The translations under genes were made by a program, and so were the position numbers. 64,000 bases of DNA from Paragordius varius (taxonomy: Eukaryota; Animalia; Nematomorpha). Shown piece after piece: positions 36,153-50,009 of the stretch (position 1 is the first letter of the stretch; every line of letters starts with the position of its first letter). The DNA lies in contig OZ176050.1 of NCBI GenBank assembly GCA_964247055.1, positions 6,882,001 to 6,946,000 on the forward strand. The letters are read 5' to 3'. The notes below the pieces were generated by a model. That model saw nothing but the letters and a program-made list of their open reading frames with translations, made no database searches and had not been told where the DNA came from.

Positions 36153-39049
36153 TTTTCGTTTTAAGTAATTATATCTATAGTGTGCGGAAAATAAAAATTA
36201 TAAAAAATAATATTTATGACCGTATATTATTATATATCATAAAAAAATCCATAAATGATTTTGTTAACCAAAAAACGAAACGAGGTATGGTAATTTTTAG
36301 TATAGAAAGGTGTTAATGTGTGAAAGATATAGCGAATAAAATTGGATAGCAGGCAATACAAAAAAAATGTTATAAATATCCTAAGCACACTAAGGACTAT
36401 ATTTTTTGTTTTTTTTACCAATACAATATACTCTCTCTTTCTCATTTTGTATTTTTTTTGATTCCATGATACTATCACAGCTGTGAAGTCAAAAATAATA
36501 AATTTTAGAAAAAAAATATCCGCTAAAATTTTAAAAGAAAGAAAGGCTTTTAAGTTTGATCTTGGATTTCTTTGAAACAGCTGCAAATTATAATTCGGCT
36601 TTCACAAAGAATATATTTTGTAAAAACGGCTTTATCAATCGTTTTTGCATAAATTATTTTTTCTATTACCCAATTATACCAACCAAATGTGCGAAAAAAA
36701 TATAATTCTTCAAAGAATTTTTCTTTAACCAAAAATATGATTGTTTATAAAGAAAATAAAATTTATATAATTGTTTTATTTTGTTTTTTTGAGAAAAAAA
36801 TATTTGACAATATTAAAGTAAATTGCCATAACTCCTCTTTGAAGTAGATTACAACTAATAAATATAATTGATGAGACTTTTCACACGTTAATTTTGAAAA
36901 GAAAATTCTTTTATGCTTAAAATGTATCTAAATAAACCATTGACGACTAAAGACAACTTATGTCATCATCTCCTAAAAGCTGGCTTAAAAACGAAAAATA
37001 AGAATTCATGTCATTTCATAATTTATAACACATAAATTTGAAAATGATAAAACGATGATATATTGTAAGTATTTTTAGGCCAGACTTTAACCTGCTTAAT
37101 CTTATTAACTCCTGTCCTAATCTCAAAAAATTCTTTCTTTTTCACTTCAACAAGTTACAACTTCAAATGTATAAAAATAAAAGAACGCAAAAAATAAAGG
37201 CTGCCTAGCACGTTTCAGTGTAAGAGGAGAGAGAAAAAGAGTTTTGAACAAAAGCCATAAAATTTATTAAAGAGTACGGATGGATACATTATGTGCTAAA
37301 ACGATAATAATTTTTTAGCAAAAGCTTAGATTGGTGAATATATTTTTAGCTAAAAGGTACTCTTTTTAAAAAAAAAGATTTTAAAGTACTATAATACCTA
37401 TAAATCAATCAACATTTTTAACTTTTTCGTTAAAGTGTGTGTGCTTGAAAATCTGCGTTTACCAAAATGTTAGAAAACTACATATAGACATTTGAAACAG
37501 AACAAATTTCATATTAATATATATTATTTGGGAAAAATAATTTAAATTTTAGTATGAAATGGTCAAACCACTAAACGAAACGTGATCCATCGCTATTATA
37601 GAGTTTAAAATTTTATAACAACCATTGAATTTTCCAGTTTTTGAAAAATATAATGTAATAAAATTAATTGTTTCCATAAATTTCCGTTTTATGAGTTTAA
37701 AGATAAGGGGTGCGCACGATAGGTGTTAATGCGCAATAAAAAATTATATATCCGGAATTAATTTTAACCCGTAAATGGATCGCGAATTGTGTACTAGTTT
37801 TGGATTGAAGTTTTAGAATTATAATAAATTATAATTAATTCAATATTTATCTAAAAGTATGTATCAATAATATGCTAAACATATAGCTTACGAACGTATC
37901 AATTATATTTCTCTCAACCACTGATTAATCTTATAATAATAAAACTAAAAAACCTTTTTATCACCCAATCCAACGTAATTCTTTAATCTCTCTATCGCAT
38001 ATTTTCTAACTGTTTGGTCATTATATAAAAAGAGATGTTTTCAGTTTATTTTTACGAACTAATTCAAAATTTTTATATAGCGCATTAAGAGGTTGCAACC
38101 CAAAAAATTTTGATCTCTGTAGAAAAAGCTTTCAAAAGTTATATTATTCGGCAAAATAATTCAGGCATATGAATATTAATTTTGACATCCCATGGGACCA
38201 ATATAAAACAAAAGTTCAATTTAAAAACAAATATTTTTTTACTGTCTACCCGATTATTATAATTGGACCAATCACTAGAGCTGAATTATTTTAAATATAT
38301 GAAGGGCCTCATTATTGCTCTGGCTAATATTTGAGATTGATTCATAATAATTTAGTTAATTTATTCTTTAACATAATACAAATATATTAAAGATGATATT
38401 GACTTAGTGATATCATTGGCTATAATTAATAAATAATAAATTTATTGGAGTTTGAAAGAAATTCGTAAGTTGGAAAATATGGGACCCATTTATATTAAAC
38501 AAAAGAAAAAAATTCAAGTAAGCTATAAAACATTATTGCATTCGAGTAGAGTGTTTAACAATCGAAATAAGTAAAAGCGAAACGCGATAGACATCTGATT
38601 ATTGTTCATATTTTGCTGGCTAATATGGTGTATGATATGGAAGCGAAGTTATAATATTTATGAGGCTCAATCAACTTCTTAAATGTTATAAAACGCTTTA
38701 TTTCCCAGAGCGATTTAAATTCAAATCTCTTCAGTATTTAAGATATTGGGCCTAATTTCAAAATAAACCTTAAAGGCGCAGGTTTCCGAAAAAAATTTAA
38801 AATAAAATGTAAATAAAAAATATTCATCTCAAACTTTTACCGCCATTTTTTTGCTTATTAATCGCTAATAAAACAGGCAAATAAATATTTTAAACAAGTT
38901 ATTTAACATAGGAAAGCTTTCCAATTACGTTTTAGCAGAAAATTTTTCACACTTTTTAATTTTAACAGATTTTTGTTTCAATGGGGCTTTTGGCTATCCA
39001 ATTTTAAACTTTAAAAGTTAGAAAACTGTAAAATAAGCTTGTTTATTAA

Positions 39050-39583
39050 CAGGAGGATACAACACATTCATTTTAGTCTTTCGATTAAAATTGGAGTATT
39101 TTTGGATGCCCCAGGCCTGTTTAAAATTAAATACTTCTAAAAATATGGAAGGAATTGAAACCATGGAATAGTTCGCACTTAAATACATTAAAAAACAGAA
39201 ATATAAAAAATTCATTTTGATATTACTTAGTAGTTAAAACCCAAAATTTAGTCATGACATGTGTGCATTAGCTAAAAAAAATAATAATAATAAACCACTT
39301 TTTTGTTGCTATCAATGTTAAATGTGATTTAAATAAAAAAATAGCTTTAATTTTAGATTTAAAATTAAATAAACATGATATTTTGCGAAAATGTTGAAAT
39401 ATAATGGTGTGGAAGTAGATTGATATGAAACTTTTTTTTCAAAACTAAATTTTATTTAGATATTTCGGCTTTTATATAATTTTTATTAGGATAGAAGCAT
39501 GGGACCGTTTCTTTCAGTAGTTTTTAATAATATCAATTAATATATTGTCTGGGGTATTTAGATAGCCCATTTTGAATCGAAGT
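39050..39583 (-). mobile_element. TTAA-flanked TIR MITE
   Basis: Reverse-complement copy of the 52384-54855 family, with subterminal GGGGTA...TACCCC and TTGAATCGAA blocks. TTAA precedes 39050. Confidence 0.7.
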
Positions 39584-41320
39584 AATAAACCTTAAATAAT
39601 AAATATCCTACTCAGCCACTTTTATGGTGAGGAGGAAGAATGGGTCGTGAAAAAAATTTAAACCACTAGCCAAAAACATCTTTCCATGGATTATACGAAA
39701 TTTCTACAGTGAGTTATTCTATAAATCATATGGGATTAAATTTACATATAAATTTTAAAAGCTTTAACCGCTTTTCTATAAATTTATAATATAATGCCAA
39801 TAACAAAGCCTTTAAATAATATATATATATTTTTTCAAACAAATGGTTAGGATAATTTATAAATGAGCCCACTAAGCTAAATTTAAACAAAAATAACTTA
39901 CAGCACTACGAATTCAACTTAGTGGAATAAGACGGTGCATTAGTGAAAATAATATATTTTCCAGCAGAGATCCATTGATTTAAATCGATTCAATATTAAA
40001 TATAATATCTATTATTTTAATGTTAAAATATAGCGAATATGAATATTAATGATGTTCCACATTTAGAAAAGGATAGCAATGTGAGGCGAATCAGAATTTA
40101 CAAAATATATAAATTAATACATAATGAGATGGATTTCAGGTGTTGTAGACGATTGTTTTTTTGTTGTTAGAATAATATGCTTTGCCTACTCTATCCCTTG
40201 TATTAATTTCAAAATATATTTTGCCTCAAATATAAATTCGATCACAGAGCAGTTATTGTATATTATTGGTAAAGATTTGTAAATTAATTTTTGGTTGCTT
40301 GTTCTTTATGATAATGCATACTAATGTGGAGAGTAGTCAAAAGGATGTAGAAAATTTTTAATGTTATACATTGTATTACAAATTCAAATTCTTTTATAAG
40401 CAAAAGTAATAATCGCTTTTTACATCTTACGAAAAAAAAGGTGTTTTGTTGTTGCTCAATGAAAGAAATGTGTACATAATTTTAATATGTATTTATAAAA
40501 GCAACATTATTATTATGTACATTCTCTTTATCTATCGTACCATCTATATGTATACTCATATACATCTAATTTTAAAATATAAGAATTTAATAAATCAAAA
40601 TTTTATTATAGATATATTAAAGATATACTAAGATGATCTTGATCATAATCAAGTATATTAACAAAAGGTACTATACCATACAAATATATATAAAAAAATT
40701 TTAATATGTTTACTATGAATCTTGTATAAAGTTAATTACTTAAATGTTTCAAAGTGTGTGATTTATAACCTAAAGACTTTTGATGTAAAGGTGTAAATGA
40801 AGGTGAGTGTGCGAAAATTACATATACAATAATTATCCTGCCTCTTAACTGTATAATCGTCGTAATTTTTTAAAAAATTAGATAAATATGATTGTGAATA
40901 ACCTTTTGACTATATTTTAAATATTTTCAACAGTAGTATTTTATTAGTTCGCTGTAATTATGTATTTTAAAGGTTCTTTATGTATTTTTTAATTTTGGGC
41001 GTAACCCGTCTTAAGAAGCCGCGCATCGAGAAAAAAACACGTCCGAATTCCAAATTTTCATTTATAATTTATATTTAATAAAATCGCACTCTCAATTTTT
41101 ATTCGACCGCCTATGGGTAGGAAAAAAAGCATATTACAGTCATTTAAATGACTGTAATCATTTAAAATATAAACTTTCAGTTTATTTTCAAATTTACAGT
41201 TTATTCATAAATGTCCATTAAATTTAATTTAAATTCGTATAACCAACTGCATTTATACCGAAAATGCAAAGTTGGATATATGTACGAAATCGATATATGA
41301 AAACCCCAAGTCAAATAATT

Positions 41321-41366
41321 GTGTCGTACTGATGAGTGCTAACAAGCACGAAACTAGCCTACGATT
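41321..41366 (+). ncRNA. minimal type I hammerhead ribozyme motif (Penelope/retrozyme-like), core variant U16.1C
   Basis: Stem I is UCGUA 41324-28 with UACGA 41360-64. CUGAUGA is at 41329-35, stem II is GUGCU-AACA-AGCAC, and GAAA is at 41350-53. The mini stem III is the palindromic CUAG. The cleavage triplet reads GCC instead of GUH. Confidence 0.75.
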
Positions 41367-44300
41367 ACTATTGACGAAGGGTTTCACATATCGTTTATAA
41401 TTTTATAATCACCTTTCAATTAATTTTCTAATTAAATTTTGATTATCATTATACGGATTTTACAACTGTTATTACAAAACATAATCAATCCATCATTTAC
41501 AAATTATATTTTCGTCCATATCTTAATCAACACTCCTTTTGGGTAGTTTTGAATCCCAGAACGATTTTTAATTTTAATCTTAAAAATGTCCAAAATATTG
41601 GGTTGAAATTAAAAATATGCGTTCTCTATCCTTAAGGCGCATGATTTATAAATTGAAAAATCCCTCATCTCAAATTTCGCCGCCATTTATTTCTTTGGTT
41701 TTTTTCGGTCGCTTATACAGCAGGCGAAATAAATATCATGGTTAAAATTGTAACTGATTCACGTTAAAAGCTCTTTAATCATAGCAGAAACTTTTAGATA
41801 TTATTGATGTTAATATAATTTGTTTGTTTTAATCCTGTCTGGAGCTATCCCTTCCGACTCTTAAAATAAATTGGAATTTTATAGGATAATGTTTGATTTA
41901 AATTTTAACCCAAACAACTTTTAAAATGTTATTTGCAAATATAAGCTTTGGGGTATAAAACCACTAGAAAATGTAATCGCCTACAAAAAAGAAAAGGTAA
42001 TGAAGTATTAAAAAGTCTAAACTTTTATTTAATATGCGACCTTATTATGTAAATTGAGATTATTAAAGCCCTATTTATTTTTTAGTATCTATGTGTCATA
42101 AACTAGATAAATACCTTACCTAAAAATACATAAAAAGTTTTTTTTGCCACATAGACCAAATCAATAATTAAAAAATTTTCAAGTAGCCACTTTAAAAACT
42201 AAAATTGCAAACAAACTACTAATTTAAAAAAATAATAAACATTTTACAAATCACATTATATTAAATTAGTGTATCTGAAGTTATTTAAGTGTTTATTTAT
42301 TAATTCGATAAAAACGAAATTTTTTATGGCAATTATAAATCTTTATAGTTATTGAGTTGTATATATTTTATGAAAATCTGAAATATATTTATCGGATTTT
42401 AAAGTGAAAAAACATTATGAGAGTCAATTATTTTTTGATGTTGATAAATAGTGAATTTTAAATTTTTAAATCATATTTTTAAACAAAATATGTATAATCT
42501 CTTAGTGACCTTTAACTTAATGTCCATATAATCCAGAGCTTTAATAAAGGTGTTCATTTGTGTCAGAATGTAAAAATCATTCTTTAAATCTATATTGATT
42601 GTTGTAAAGGGCATCGGAAGCTTATTTTAGTCTTATCAATCACTGCTAAGCAAATATCGAACATTTAGATTTTACAAAATATTAAATTTTATATTTGTGT
42701 ATGTTAGAATCACGCATTTTAAATCAAACATACATATCTATAAAACGTTTACAATTTGTATAAATTTATCGATATATATATTTTTTATCTTATTTTAATA
42801 ATCTTAAAAATGGCTGGGACATGGTCGTCACTTGGTGACTAAGATTGAATATATATATTTTTGAAAATTATGAATATATACTCTTGAGATTTATAAAAAT
42901 TTTAAATATTAATACAAACCCAATTTATCCGAGCTAAAAATATTACCCCAATCTTAAAAATATTTTGAGGCGAAATTATTGAATACAGACTAGTTTCTAT
43001 AAGGTATGAATAAATAATACGTAAATACCTAACAACACAGGGTTTCTCATGAGATATATTATCTTATAAACTATTTTTACAGGTAAAACGAAAATGCTAA
43101 TTTTTCTTTTACCACAAAATATTTTACTTTTCATAGGCAATTTATTTTAATATTGATTTAAAGTATAAAAAGATTAAACACCGCATTTAAATATTTTACC
43201 ATAGAAATATAAAAAATAACCTCTCTTTGTAATTAATAAACAAAATTAATAGATACAAGTGCTTTTTTGCAAAAACCTCCTTTTACGCAAAAATTAATAA
43301 ACGAACTGCATCTAAATACATAATTTTATCATTATGGCCCTAATCAATCATTTTTGAAGTGCAACCTTAATCTAAAACTTTCAAAAAATTATTGAAGTGT
43401 AATCCACAAAGTAGAATGAATATCCCATTTGAAATTATTTTTGTGTTAATTGGCCAATTTTTTTATTAAAATTTCTTTTACTTAAGATGTGAGACCCCAA
43501 ATTATTTAATAATCTTTAATTACTCAGGTGCCATTTGTCAAAAACTAGGCTAAGGTGTTAATTCTTTAGAACCATTTTATTATCATATCAATATTTGCTT
43601 TTTTATCGACCATAAGCTATACTTCAATTTTAATAGGAGTTAGGTTTTTTAATTGCCAAGTTGAAATCACTGACTTTGTTGCCTCATGACATAATTTATA
43701 AAAAAAGTAGAAAACGTAAATTGGCTTAAAATTATGAACTAAAGAAATGTTTTTGAGCGTTTTTTAATTTATTAATCTCTGATAGTTGGTAAAGGGGATC
43801 GAAATAAACAAAATTACACTGTCAAAGATTAGCGTTTAATTACATTCTAATTCCATATTTAAAATATTTATTTCCGTGTATTGTAAGGCATAATTTTGAA
43901 CCAAGTTCCGTTTAGAACATATAAATATATAATATATATTAATTATACTCTTCTTAGTATAACAGATAATTACATATTTATAAGTCTAATTATATAGTAT
44001 AAATATTGGATGCAAGATTATTGACTTCAATAATTAAAAAACTGTATTGTTAACAACATATTGATGCCATCAAAGTCACACATTAACACTCATGAAAAAT
44101 TTCTTGTATATATTACAGGAAAATTTGTATAGCTCTAATTTTTATTTATAGAGATGCTAAATGTTTATTGATTAACTCCAACTCAATTACACATATTATT
44201 CATGAAGCAAGCACCTTTCATAATGATAATGTTGAATAATTTTTTTAATTCTATTACAATAGCGTATGGCATAAAAAATTGTCCGTAATTAAATATACAA

Positions 44301-44769
44301 AATCGATATTAGAACATAGGGAAAACACTGTTTAGTTTCAAACATTTGTTGTTTTTTACCATACGCTACTGAATAATTTTATGCAACATTATGTGGTGTG
44401 GAATGTGTCATATTTGTATTTACATTCATGTATTTTATTGACTACTAATTATGTAGATTTTAGTATAAACCAAACCTCTTTATTACATACATTGTCACAA
44501 GAAAGTATAAAATACAGGTAATAAAGGACCACAGATTGATACTCTATCATCTACAGATGCTCTATAATAAACCCTTTTTATTTGAAAAATAATGAATTTT
44601 TTATAAAGAAATGTAATTAGAGGATGCATCTATGTTCTTTACATCAAATTACAATCTGCCCAAAATATGGATTAGTCAAGCTAGCGGATAAACTGTCACA
44701 AATTTTTTTAAATACATCATTTTAATTATTTTTGTTTTTCATTTTGTCTCTATGCCTAAAGTGGTTTGC

Positions 44770-44991
44770 ATTTCTGGCGCCCGGTGCATGAATTCATCGA
44801 TTTCTTGCCTTTAAAAAAATAAAATTTAAACCGTCCGTGGTCATGACCACTCATAAATGGGTGACTTTTTATGTATTATTTAAAAAAAATTTAAAGACCT
44901 ATTTTTTTAAAATAAAATTTAAATAAAAACCGGCTCCCTCAACTATGGCGCCCAGTGCATCAGCTCCCCTTTCCATCTAGCTACGCCACTG
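44770..44991. mobile_element. right end of a hAT-like MITE
   Basis: Ends in GCTACGCCACTG and has internal TGGCGCCC repeats. I could not identify the left TIR. Confidence 0.4.
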
Positions 44992-46125
44992 GCCTCGATT
45001 ATTTTATCTTGGCATACTAAGATGTTGGTTTTTATCAAACGCTAAATACCCTTTTAGAAGAAGAAAATTATGTCTATGCCTAGGTGTATTGAATCTCTGG
45101 GTATAAAATTTTTTATATGGAAATTCTTACAAATTCTATGTACTCTCCCAACTTTGGCAAATAGTTAGCATTTATTAAATGTTAAATAAATTAGTGGTTG
45201 GATAGTACGTTTAAAAAAAATAAAGTATTTTGCATGCATTCTAAGATGTGCCGTGATGCCGGATTTTTTGAGTCGAAAATGCGGCATAGGTAACCATTTC
45301 TGTTAGATCCCTAATCCATAACAAAAAAATAAAACCATATACGGTTACGTACTGGCAATCATTCACTTATATTTCAGAGCATGCAATCTCGTCTATGAAG
45401 CCAAAATAAAATCATAGTTAAACGATTAATGAGACGGCTTAATTTATAGTATTACATCTATTACAAATTTTTACCAAATATTGAAATATATAGAGAAAAT
45501 AAATTAATTTTATAGTAGCATTAGCGTTAATTCACATCCAATGTAGCATACTAAAAAATATATCACACTACAAAAATATATGCGATTATTCGATAATATA
45601 TTAATTTTGGAATTATGAATAAATAAAAAGTAATAATTCATTAAATTATAATTATTTTTTGCTTTAATTAAATAAAAAATAATATTTCAGCTATATGTAG
45701 TGCAATTTTACACAAAATTGGTATTTGAAAATTGACTGATATGTAGATGGCGTATTTTTACTTTATATTCATGGAACTAGAAAATATATTATTCTTTTAT
45801 GTATAAACAATATATTTTTAATGATATTATATAAATTTATTTTTAACGGATACAGATGTGTTAATAATGGTAAAATAGAGATTAACTTATATATTCTCTT
45901 CACTATATTTTGGCTGGTTCTGGTTCCGGTTCTAAACGGTTCTAAACGGTTCTTAAAATTTTTGAAAGCCTACATACACATTTACAAAATTATTAATATA
46001 CTTAAATTTATCAAGTCCCAAACCAAACTAGTTTTAACACCTTTTTACACAATTAATTTATCATATACATAACACATTTAACTATTGGCCTACTCGGCTA
46101 TAAAGATGGTTAATAGTGTAGTTAA

Positions 46126-46420
46126 CATTGGAACAACCATTCATTTCAGTTTTTCGAATCAAATTGGGTTGTTAAAAACCTCAGACAGTTTAAAATTAAA
46201 TACTTTAAAAAGTATGGAAGGACTTGAAACCATGAAATAGTTTGCACTTATATAACATTGATGAACCAAAATATACAAAAAAAATTCATTCGAAAATATT
46301 TGATATAACTTAGTTTAAAATAAAACCTAAAAGCATGACATGTGTTCATTAGAAAAATTTAAAAATAATACAAAATAAACCACTTTTTCTGTTTCTATCA
46401 ATATTAAAAGTGATTTACAA
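46126..46420 (-). mobile_element. partial TTAA-flanked MITE
   Basis: Homologous to 39050-39320. TTAA precedes 46126. Confidence 0.65.
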
Positions 46421-46599
46421 TATGCATTTTAATGGTTGCTTATTTCACGCTATAGTTGGGCTATTCGTAGTAGTGCCTAGGAAAAAGTAAGGAAAAAATT
46501 GTTTATTAAAGATTTTGTTGTTTTTTACACACACACTATGTTGCGAATTGACCAACTTTATTGTGAAATAATCAACCATTAAAATGCAGATAAATATAA

Positions 46600-48456
46600 A
46601 ATTAGCTATTTAATAGCTATGATCTCATAAGATTTTCAAAACGGTGCATTCATTCTAATATATTGTTTACTGGTGTAAAGGCCCCTGATGGCTAGCGGAA
46701 AAACCGCTATACTAATTTTTACCATTTTATGGGTAATATTTAATGCCTTTATTGAACTCGTATGGCTTTAAAAAGCAAAAAGAATTTATTATAGCAGAGA
46801 GAATTATTATATATCGTGTATAAAATATATTGCAATAGTTTTAAGACAAGGTTGCATTTTTGCATAAGGTTAAATATTACAATATTTAGATGAAAGCATT
46901 CACAACCAAGTTATATATTTGCATAAGGTTTAATATTACAGTATTTAGGTGAAAGCATTCACAACCAAGATAATATACATTTTTAGCATAACAAGGGCAA
47001 AGGGTTATGTACTAAGGTAAGAGAGAAGGATAATATTATATTTTCATAAGTTAACTAATATAAGGTCAATTAAATTAAGTTAACAAAAACAATTAAGTTA
47101 TATAACAGCTTCTTAAGTTTTTTGAAAATTAGCTCCAAAACGCCATTTTTGTATGGCGAGTTTCAAACCGGTAGACCCCTACCCACAGGCATATATGGAA
47201 AAAGCGCTAAGTTAAATTTTTTGCCTTTATAGGGAAAATATTTGGAACCATCTTTGAGACCATCGTCTCAAGGGTTATTCGAAAAAATACCTCAACACTA
47301 AATAATCGTGATGATGGCGTATTTTTAGGGGAAGGCTCCAAATTAACCGCTAATAAAAAAGGCCTGACCTTAATTTTTACCTACTTACGGATAATATTTT
47401 GAATGATCTCATATGGCATAAGTTTTAAATTAGTGTCAAAACAACGCATATCCTATGTGGCACAGTTTTTGGCGGGTAGCTTCTTACCCAGAGGCAGGTA
47501 TAAAAAAGTGTCGGGCAAAATTTTTGTCTTTATATTATCTGGAATTATAATGTCCATATGTTCCTATAAGTTCTTGGAAATATTGCTTCAAAACCAAAAA
47601 ATTGTTCTATGGCGGCGAATTTTTCAGGGCGTAAAACTTTTCTTAGCAGATCATTAAAATAACCCCCTATACTAAAATATTTTTTTTAAGGGTATGAATA
47701 TTTTAGGCCCTTATTAAATTCACATAGTCTCATAAGTTTTCTGAAATTTGGCTCCAAAGGCATGCTATATCGATATAGTGACGCATTGTTACGCGTAGCC
47801 TCCTACTCAGAGCCTATTTAGCCACTAATTTAGAAAATCCGCTCGACTTAAATTTTTGCTTTTTTACGGGTATTATTGTAAGCACCTATTGAACTCATAT
47901 GGCCTGATAGGTTTTCTAAAATTTAGCCCCAAAGGCACGCAATTTCGATATGGCGGGTCAGTTTTTACCGGATATCTGCTAGCAGCTATTATCAAAAAAC
48001 GCTTGACTAAAATTTTTGCCTTTTAACAGGGAATACCTGGAATCCTTATTAAATTTTTACGGTCTCATACTTTGAGCGAAAAATATTTTCAAAAAATATT
48101 TTATGGATTTAGTTTTTTTGAAAAAAATGGCATTTTTGGGGAGCGAGTAAAAAGAGGGCCTAAATTAAAAAAGCGAGCCGACTATGTTCGGCGCAATGGA
48201 AAATAATTAAAAAAATCATATTGAAATCGAATGATTCAACACGTTTTCGGGATAATTGTCTCAAAGACACGATTTTAAAAAAACTTATTTTACACAAGGG
48301 GGCCTGAACTGGGGGACTAATTAAAAAAAGGGCGAAGCTATTGTCGGGGCATTCACTAATGATTATATTTTTTCGATATTTGGACTTGAATGGGTCTACC
48401 GGTTTTACGGAAATAGATCACAAAGCCACCACTTTCCATTTTTATAAATATATAGA
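46600..48456 (-). mobile_element. non-autonomous Helitron, 3'-truncated, with an insertion of about 340 bp
   Basis: TC terminus at 48456. The body is collinear with 3200-4709 and 5580-5650. The AT-rich insert at about 46770-47108 contains a roughly 58-bp direct repeat. Confidence 0.8.
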
Positions 48457-49365
48457 TTATCAAAGCTTTTGTGATGTTTAAAATATTAAATATGTTAATT
48501 TAAACAGAGGATTCCCAGGCTAAAATATATGAGACATTATTTATATGTAAATAAAAATATCACAAATCATTTTTGGCTAAACATGGCCTAACTTACTTAT
48601 AATTAATTCAATATTATCCATTAAAAATAATAGTAATAATTATAATCGTAAAGCAAACCTTCGGGACCATTTAAAAGTTAATAGTATTAACTTAGAGTGT
48701 ATTTACTAGTGCTTGGTATTGACCCTTTAAGTAAAGTTCAAATTATCCACAACTTTGCATCCTTCATTAAATTGCATAAGCTCGTAAAGATTTTTTATAT
48801 TTTATCATTTTTAATAATTAAAATTATCATAGGGTATAATCAATTATCCCATATACATTTTGAAAAGAAACAATATTTGTATAGATAGCTGTTTTTCTTA
48901 TCTGATCAATATATTTTACTAAGTTCACACAACATCCCTCCCTATCGGTCAAAAATAGTAAATTCTAATATTTTGCGTATGATTGATTAGCACATTCACC
49001 AAAACAATAAAAAGCTCTATTCATAACTGTTTTATAGAGAGTATTTTAATTTAAATACTTTAATTAAATTAGTATATCTATAAAAAAATGAAATTTATCA
49101 ATTAAAAAATGAAATTAATGAATATACGAACTCTGCGTGAATGTTTAAATATATTTATAATCAATCATTTAAGGAATAATTTTGAAGTGTATTATATTTT
49201 AGTGAGTATTTGAACTTGCTCAACCGGATATGTTACTTTTACTTTATTAAGCAAAGTATTTAAAACTAAATGCGGTAATAAAGCAATTCGACATTATATT
49301 GACGACCGTTAAAATATTCGACTGTCAAAATTTTGCTAAATAAAAATTGTGTTCATAAAAATGCA

Positions 49366-49880
49366 ACCTTGGATTCAAGTAGGGGTATCTAAATACCTCA
49401 GACTATTTATGTTAATACTTTTTAAAAACTACCGAATGAAAATGTCTCAATTTAAACTTATGCTTCTATCCTAAGAAAAACTATATAATAAGCCGTAATC
49501 TCTAACTAAAATTTAGTTTTGATAAAAAAGTTCTATATGAAACTAATTCAACGCCATTTTTTTTACAACATTTTGCAAAATATCGTGCTTATTTATTTTA
49601 AAGTTAATTTTTCATTTAAATCTCATATAAGATTGATATAAGCATAAAAAGAGGTTTATTTTAGAATTTTTTAGAACCTAACTATGTCCACATGTCATGT
49701 TGACTTAATTTTCACCTTTAGGTTTTACCTTAAAATAAATAATATCAAGTATTTTAAAATGATTTTTTATATTTATAACTGCTAACTTTTGCCATGGTTT
49801 CGATTCATTCCATATTTTAAAGTTTTTAATTTTAAACAGGCTTGGGGTATCACCCAAATTTGAATTGAAAGACTGGAATT
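49366..49880 (+). mobile_element. TTAA-family MITE (degenerate)
   Basis: Collinear with 52384-52826 plus 54715-54855, so it serves as an uninterrupted reference copy. Confidence 0.65.
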
Positions 49881-50009
49881 TGTTGCAATGTAAAAAAAGT
49901 GTTTTCCACTATCTAAAGGCTTTTATACCGCTTTCATCATGCCTAAAAATAGCAGAAAGGACGCTTTAACAAAATTTTGCTAAACATTAAATTTTTCTAA
50001 AAGTAGGAA

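Noticed and set aside
36230-36732. Minus-strand ORFs as FGFRL1 first exon or a separate gene
   Set aside because: They have no phase-compatible donor, and exon 36023-36152 already supplies ATG, signal peptide and a phase-1 donor.
36800-46100. Hidden gene in the long intergenic region
   Set aside because: Only short AT-rich ORFs and MITE debris are present, and I could not build any exon chain with recognisable motifs.
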